A program made the translations under genes and the position numbers. From Bulleidia sp. (lineage in GTDB: Bacteria; Bacillota_I; Bacilli_A; Erysipelotrichales; Erysipelotrichaceae): 64,000 bases of DNA. This document shows positions 59,194 through 64,000 of this stretch, one piece after another. The notes below the pieces were generated by a model. It did not search any database, had not been told where the DNA came from, and saw nothing but the letters and a program-made list of their open reading frames with translations. Numbering within the stretch: the first letter of the stretch is position 1; the number at the start of each line of letters is the position of its first letter. The stretch is from NCBI GenBank assembly GCA_963613355.1, contig CAVDZA010000009.1, forward strand, positions 4,115-68,114, read 5' to 3'.

Positions 59194-59763
59194 TTATTTT
59201 TCCATATGTTCTTTAATGATATTAGAAATCTTCTTAGCAGCTTCCTTCACATCATCATTACAAACAACATATTCATAGTTTTCAGATTGAGCAATTTCAT
59301 TCTTAGCTTGTTGTAAGCGTCCCTGAATGACATCTTCACTTTCTGTTCCCCTACCACGAATTCTCTTTTCTAATTCTTCTAGACTAGGTGGAACAATGAA
59401 TATCGTTAAGGCATCAGGTACTTTCTCAACGACTTGCTTGCAACCTTGTACTTCAATTTCTAATAAGACGTTTTTTCCTTCATTTCTAAGTCTTTCAACT
59501 TCATGTAAAGGTGTACCATAACTATTTTCAACATATTGGCAATATTCTAATAATTCGCCATTTTGAATTGCCTCATTAAAACGTTCTTTTGTTACATAGT
59601 AATAATTCACACCTTCTTCTTCACCAGGTCTTTTACTTCTCGTTGTCATAGAAACAGAAAACGCTAATTTCAATTCAGGATCATCAACGATTTCTTTTAA
59701 AACTGTTCCTTTACCAACGCCACTTGGTCCACTCAAAACAATCAATAAACCTCTTTTTGTCAT
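59194..59763 (-). CDS. gmk: Guanylate kinase
   Basis: SGPSGVGKGT, SMTTR..RPGE..GVNY, YGT, LEIEVQG and PPS motifs. Start at ATG 59763 after GAGGT. Confidence 0.96.
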   Translation of the reverse strand: MTKRGLLIVLSGPSGVGKGTVLKEIVDDPELKLAFSVSMTTRSKRPGEEEGVNYYYVTKERFNEAIQNGELLEYCQYVENSYGTPLHEVERLRNEGKNVLLEIEVQGCKQVVEKVPDALTIFIVPPSLEELEKRIRGRGTESEDVIQGRLQQAKNEIAQSENYEYVVCNDDVKEAAKKISNIIKEHMEK

Positions 59764-59854
59764 ACTATACCTCATTCACTTTGATAACTAGATTACTCTT
59801 TTTAATGGTACTAGTCAAACATGGTATAATACTTTTCAAGCATTGGAGTAAATT

Positions 59855-61504
59855 ATGGCATTAGATGGAATCTTATTACATAAAATAGTACCTGAACTAC
59901 AAAAAACATTACCATTGAGGATCCAAAAGATCTGGCAGATTTCTAACACAGAAGTCTTATTTCAAGTTCATGGAAATGATGGTAAAAAACAATTGTTGAT
60001 CAGTACACATTCTGAATATAATCGTTTGTTATTCACAAATCGAAGTTATCCTACCCCAAAAGAACCTGGCAACTTTGTGATGTTGCTCAGAAAGTATTTA
60101 GAAGGAAGTATGATTGAAACGATCGAACAAGCAGGTTTAGATAGATGGTGTACTTTTACTGTACGCAGAAGAAATAACCTAGGTGATCTAGAACATATCT
60201 ATTTATATGTAGAATTAATGGGCAAATACGCAAATGTCATATTGGTTGATGCGAATGGAAAGATCATAGACGCATTAAAACGTATTCCACCTTTTGAGAA
60301 TCAAAAACGAGTCATTCAACCAAACGCAATGTTTACTCCAACAGAACCACAAGATAAGAAAGATCCATTCATAGAACAAACCATTGATGAATCAATGTCT
60401 CTTACAAAACAGTTTGCAGGTTTTTCTCCATTCTTATCAAAAGAAATAGAATACCGTATGTCCATTGGAGAATCTTTTGAATCTATCATGTCTGAAATTG
60501 AACATTCTGATTATTTATATATCGCAAATGATAATGATAATGCGGTATTCCATTGTATTGAATTAAAGAGTATTGGAACATGTAAGAAATATCCTCTGTT
60601 TGAAGCATTTGATATTCTTTATTATCACAAAGAAGAAAAAGAAAGAATCAAATCGATCTCAGGAGATATTTATCACTTCGTTAAAAAAGAACTAAAACAT
60701 CAAACAACAAAACTACCTAGGCTGTACAAAAGCTTTGATGAAGCGGTGAATTGTGAGAAATGGAAAGAATATGGTGATTTGTTGTATTCGTATAACGTAC
60801 AAGATACAAAAGGTATGAATGAAATCACTCTACAAAGTTGGGAAGATGGTTCTGATATAACGATTCCATTGGATTCAAAACTAGATGGAAAAGCTAATGC
60901 GAGAAAGTGTTTCCAAAAATACAACAAATTCAAAAAAGGACAGATCTATCTAAAAGAACAAATTGAAATCTGTGAAAATGAGATCCATTATTTTGAAGGT
61001 CTATTGGAACAATTAGATATGGCTGATTTCGATACAGCTTTAGAAATCAAAGAAGAATTGATCAAACAAAATTATTTAACAGATAAGAAGAAAAAGAATC
61101 CAAAGAAGAAAAAGAAAGAAAACGGTCCTCATATCACAACGATCGTATTACCAAATGGCATTTCTGTTTCCTTTGGTAAGAACAATCTTCAAAACGAAGC
61201 TTTAACTTGGCATACTGCTAGAAAGAATGAATATTGGTTACACGCACAAGGGTATCATGGAGCTCATGTCGTCGTACATGCAGATCACTTAGATGAAGAT
61301 ACATTAAGAAACGCATCAATGATTGCGGCATACTTTTCTAAGGGAAGATATTCCTCATCTGTTCCAGTTCAATATTGTCTTGTCAAAGAACTAAAAAAAA
61401 TCCCAGGCGCAAAACCTGGAATGGTATCTCTTTCTAGCTATAAAACGATCTATATCGATCCAGATGAAGATCATTTAAAACAACTAGGAATCATGATCAG
61501 TTGA
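59855..61504 (+). CDS. rqcH: RqcH (Rqc2/NFACT, FbpA-like) ribosome quality-control factor
   Basis: MALDG, F.MLLRKYL, LDR, ELMGKYAN, NA...F.KY.K, GKNNLQN, WLH...HGAHV and PGAKPGMV motifs. Confidence 0.93.
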   Translation: MALDGILLHKIVPELQKTLPLRIQKIWQISNTEVLFQVHGNDGKKQLLISTHSEYNRLLFTNRSYPTPKEPGNFVMLLRKYLEGSMIETIEQAGLDRWCTFTVRRRNNLGDLEHIYLYVELMGKYANVILVDANGKIIDALKRIPPFENQKRVIQPNAMFTPTEPQDKKDPFIEQTIDESMSLTKQFAGFSPFLSKEIEYRMSIGESFESIMSEIEHSDYLYIANDNDNAVFHCIELKSIGTCKKYPLFEAFDILYYHKEEKERIKSISGDIYHFVKKELKHQTTKLPRLYKSFDEAVNCEKWKEYGDLLYSYNVQDTKGMNEITLQSWEDGSDITIPLDSKLDGKANARKCFQKYNKFKKGQIYLKEQIEICENEIHYFEGLLEQLDMADFDTALEIKEELIKQNYLTDKKKKNPKKKKKENGPHITTIVLPNGISVSFGKNNLQNEALTWHTARKNEYWLHAQGYHGAHVVVHADHLDEDTLRNASMIAAYFSKGRYSSSVPVQYCLVKELKKIPGAKPGMVSLSSYKTIYIDPDEDHLKQLGIMIS

Positions 61505-61518
61505 TACTGATCATTTTT
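61493..61518. terminator. Hairpin at the convergent rqcH/rluB ends
   Basis: ATGATCAGT-tgat-ACTGATCAT followed by a T-run on the plus strand. Confidence 0.55.
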
Positions 61519-62233
61519 CTTTGTTGACGATAGACATCAACTTACGTACTTCATACATTCTTAACTTACGATACTGACCTTGTCTTAAATTACCAAGATC
61601 TAGAAATGCGTATTGAATACGATTTAATCTTGTTACTTCACAATGGAAGAATTCCATCATCCTTCTAACTTCACGATTTCTACCCTCTTGGATCGTAATT
61701 TGAAGAACTGTCTTATTTTTCTTTTCGCTTCTTTTTAAAATAAATACTTCAGCAGGTAGAGTCTTTCCATCTTCTAATTCGATTCCTTTTTCAAGCAAGG
61801 AACACATACCATCTGTTAGTACACCATTTACTGCTACTTCATAAGTCTTACGAATATGATTTCTAGGATGCATGAGGCCATTCGCAAACTCCCCATCATT
61901 CGTCAACAACAACAATCCTGTCGTTTCATAATCTAATCTACCTACAGGAAATATTCTTTCTTTACAATCAATGAGATCTACGACAGTATCTCTATCTTTA
62001 TCATCTTTTACTGCACAGATCGTTTTCTTTGGTTTGTTTAATAAGAAATATACTTTCTCTTCTTTTCCAATTTCATTTCCATCAACTTCAATACGATCAG
62101 AACTAGAAACTTTCGTTCCCATTTCTTTAACAGTTACACCATTCACTTTCACTCTACCTTGTGAAATCATCTCTTCTGCTTTACGTCTTGAAGCAATACC
62201 CGCAGCAGCTATTACCTTTTGTAATCTTTCCAT
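61511..62233 (-). CDS. rluB: 23S rRNA pseudouridine synthase (RluB/RsuA family)
   Basis: S4 domain RLQKVIA..GIASRRKAE, plus PVGRLDYETTGLL and EGRNREVRRM. Confidence 0.92.
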   Translation of the reverse strand: MERLQKVIAAAGIASRRKAEEMISQGRVKVNGVTVKEMGTKVSSSDRIEVDGNEIGKEEKVYFLLNKPKKTICAVKDDKDRDTVVDLIDCKERIFPVGRLDYETTGLLLLTNDGEFANGLMHPRNHIRKTYEVAVNGVLTDGMCSLLEKGIELEDGKTLPAEVFILKRSEKKNKTVLQITIQEGRNREVRRMMEFFHCEVTRLNRIQYAFLDLGNLRQGQYRKLRMYEVRKLMSIVNKEK

Positions 62234-62242
62234 TCTTATCTC

Positions 62243-62518
62243 CTAGTGATGGTTTCTTGTGTTTCCCCAAAAACCACTTCCTGCCTTTGAATAATCATTC
62301 ATTAACACAACAGGAATCTTTCTAAATTTCTCATCTTTTTTTATTAACATCTTACAAGCTGTCAAACGTTTGTTACCATCAATACATTCATAGTAACCAT
62401 CTCTCACATTGACTTGTACAGGGATCGCAACGCCCCTTTTTTCGATTGATTCTAACAATCTACCAGGATCTGTCTCAATAAAAATGATATCCTGAATATC
62501 AACAATTGTATTGATCAT
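62243..62518 (-). CDS. Stand-alone ParB/sulfiredoxin-like N-terminal domain protein (91 aa)
   Basis: L.ESI...G...PVQV...YECIDGNKRLTA...IPV pattern (GxxRxxA); no HTH. Confidence 0.75.
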   Translation of the reverse strand: MINTIVDIQDIIFIETDPGRLLESIEKRGVAIPVQVNVRDGYYECIDGNKRLTACKMLIKKDEKFRKIPVVLMNDYSKAGSGFWGNTRNHH

Positions 62519-63339
62519 ATCTCTGCCTTCTTTCTAACCCCTATTACGATACAACCATGAAGTATCGTATTTTCTTTCAAGAACGTAGATAATTGTACTA
62601 TATGATTCTTCTTTCTGTATACTGCATTATAAAAATGTACGTGATCATCATCAATATTAGAATACGCAGCATAGTGTGCCCCTCTAGAATGAGAATATGC
62701 CAAGATACCTGAAGAAGAACATTTAAGAGCTTTTTGACAAGCAGTGATACCAGGCAACGATACAAACACATCAAGACCTTGTTGTTTTAAATAAACGATC
62801 AACCATACGATTTCTTGTCCAAATACTTTTCCTAAGAAATTATGTTTTTCTAGATCACTGATCACTGTATTGATATCTTTATAGATACCATTCATCTTCA
62901 ACAGATTATAGACAGCGATCCAACCACATCCTTTTTTCGCAGTATCAAACCATCCAAAAGAAACACTAGACATACTACCTTGATCAATGATATATCCCTC
63001 TTCATCAAAGATAGGATCATATAATTGATTTCTTAATGGATCAATGATCTTTTGATAATCTTTACCTTTTGAATAGTATCCATTTTGTGTTAAAGGAAGT
63101 TTTAACTTTGGATCACAATGGATCAATATCTTTTTAGGATGTGAACGTTTAATATGCCATTCACTTAGAAAAGCAATATCATGGAAAGCATCTTTCAAAG
63201 ATTGAAAAGATTCAATTTGTATATCTACAACATCATGATGAAAAGAATATGTATAAATGAAACTATCATTCGAATGATTCATTAACATCTGTTTATGATA
63301 TCCATCTTGTTCACTTTTCAATAATTTGATCTTTACCAT
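62515..63339 (-). CDS. Hypothetical protein with a C-terminal C39-like papain-fold cysteine peptidase domain
   Basis: Q...GCGWIAVYN (Cys), AHY (His) and FYN (Asn) in C39-like order; the N-terminal ~100 aa are unassigned. Confidence 0.6.
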   Translation of the reverse strand: MVKIKLLKSEQDGYHKQMLMNHSNDSFIYTYSFHHDVVDIQIESFQSLKDAFHDIAFLSEWHIKRSHPKKILIHCDPKLKLPLTQNGYYSKGKDYQKIIDPLRNQLYDPIFDEEGYIIDQGSMSSVSFGWFDTAKKGCGWIAVYNLLKMNGIYKDINTVISDLEKHNFLGKVFGQEIVWLIVYLKQQGLDVFVSLPGITACQKALKCSSSGILAYSHSRGAHYAAYSNIDDDHVHFYNAVYRKKNHIVQLSTFLKENTILHGCIVIGVRKKAEI

Positions 63340-63752
63340 TTGAGTTTCCTATATTTCATTGCATCTTTTAAGATTTCCGCATCATTATCAAAAGTAATAC
63401 AGCCAAGTGCTTCGATTGGCTTTACCCAATGCATCTCTAATAATTCATCTTCCTGTATCTTCTCTTTGCCACCTTTTTCATACGCAATAAAGTAGATATT
63501 TTCTTTTTCTACATTATCTGAAAGATGATATTTGGTGACATGTCGAAACTTCGTATCTAAAACTACTTCAATTCCTGTTTCTTCTAAGATCTCACGAATC
63601 GCAGTTTCTGGTTCTGTCTCTTTCTTTTTTATGTGACCTTTTGGGAAACACCAATGTCCATCACTTTGTTGGATGACTAAGACAGTTGAATCTTTTTGTT
63701 TGTTTTGGAAGATGATCGCTCCACAAGATTTTTCCGTAATTTGTTTTTTCAT
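63333..63752 (-). CDS. NUDIX hydrolase, Ap4A-hydrolase-like
   Basis: EKSCGAI and GHWCFPKGH...ET..ETAIREILEETG motifs. Confidence 0.85.
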   Translation of the reverse strand: MKKQITEKSCGAIIFQNKQKDSTVLVIQQSDGHWCFPKGHIKKKETEPETAIREILEETGIEVVLDTKFRHVTKYHLSDNVEKENIYFIAYEKGGKEKIQEDELLEMHWVKPIEALGCITFDNDAEILKDAMKYRKLKW

Positions 63753-63770
63753 AATTGCATTATAACATAA

Positions 63771-63797
63771 AGAAAAACTCGTATAGAAATACGAGCT
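63771..63797 (-). terminator. Terminator after the DUF62 gene
   Basis: CTCGTAT-agaa-ATACGAG plus a U-tract on the minus strand. Confidence 0.65.
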
Positions 63798-64000
63798 TAC
63801 TTTGTGATCTTACGGATCTTAACTTTCCAATTTGTTCCTGTACCTATGTTATAGGCTCTTGCGAAAGAACCCTGGTTGATTGCGATACCCACATGATATA
63901 CAGAATTGATATAGATGAGTGGAGAACCAATATGTACTTCCGCAAATGAATGAAGATATTTTACTTGGTTTTGATAAGCCATCATATTGTCATGGAAGAT
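63797..64000 (-). CDS. 3' end of a SAM hydroxide adenosyltransferase (DUF62, fluorinase/chlorinase family); 5' part lies beyond the right edge
   Basis: SFAEV..G.PLIYINS....IAINQGSFA..Y.IG matches the DUF62 C-terminal domain. Confidence 0.75.
   Translation of the reverse strand: MFHDNMMAYQNQVKYLHSFAEVHIGSPLIYINSVYHVGIAINQGSFARAYNIGTGTNWKVKIRKITK

Noticed and set aside
1067..62246. Many 60-155 aa ORFs nested in or antisense to long genes (e.g. 11496-11963, 26610-26939, 30728-31084, 57188-57565)
   Set aside because: They overlap well-supported genes, show no recognisable motifs, and have the Ser/Phe/Ile-rich composition of antisense shadows.
63755..63949. 64-aa plus-strand ORF at the right edge
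   Set aside because: It is antisense to the DUF62 gene end and crosses a terminator and a promoter.
1..64000. CRISPR arrays, tRNA/rRNA genes, IS elements
   Set aside because: Intergenic gaps are short and accounted for; I saw no spaced direct repeats, cloverleaf motifs or transposase ORFs.

Overview
A gene-dense, AT-rich (roughly one-third GC by eye) chromosomal core region of a Firmicute. The PolC, ComK, ReoM/IreB, Spx and T-box content, short Smc and TGS-less ThrRS suggest Erysipelotrichaceae; this is inference. Almost all genes are on the minus strand. I see no rRNA, tRNA, CRISPR array, IS element or prophage. The window holds a butyrate-kinase-type butyrate operon (ptb-buk-thl-crt-hbd-bcd-etfB, running off the left edge) with two Rex-like boxes and a cre-like site. 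It also has smc-ftsY-ylxM-ackA-nrnA, competence genes (comEA/comEC behind a sigmaH-like promoter, and comK), three T-box-controlled aminoacyl-tRNA synthetases with readable specifier codons (Ala, Trp, Thr), and many replication, repair and RNA-modification genes. The best candidates for undescribed biology are: (1) a leaderless, coupled operon of two paralogous RinA/ArpU- or sigma-region-4-like HTH proteins plus a ROK protein with a broken ATP-binding motif (40494-42226); (2) a ~75-nt structured RNA with its own promoter between uvrC and polC (53015-53104); (3) a NUDIX / C39-like peptidase / stand-alone mini-ParB/Srx / rluB operon (61511-63767); (4) a RidA with a Cys-rich tail overlapping comK; (5) an MltG with a large cytoplasmic extension containing an SH3-like module. 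A recurrent TGTTATAAT-N6-ATG leaderless signature and an apparent GATC excess are also visible. All family calls come from motif recognition by eye; no searches were run.
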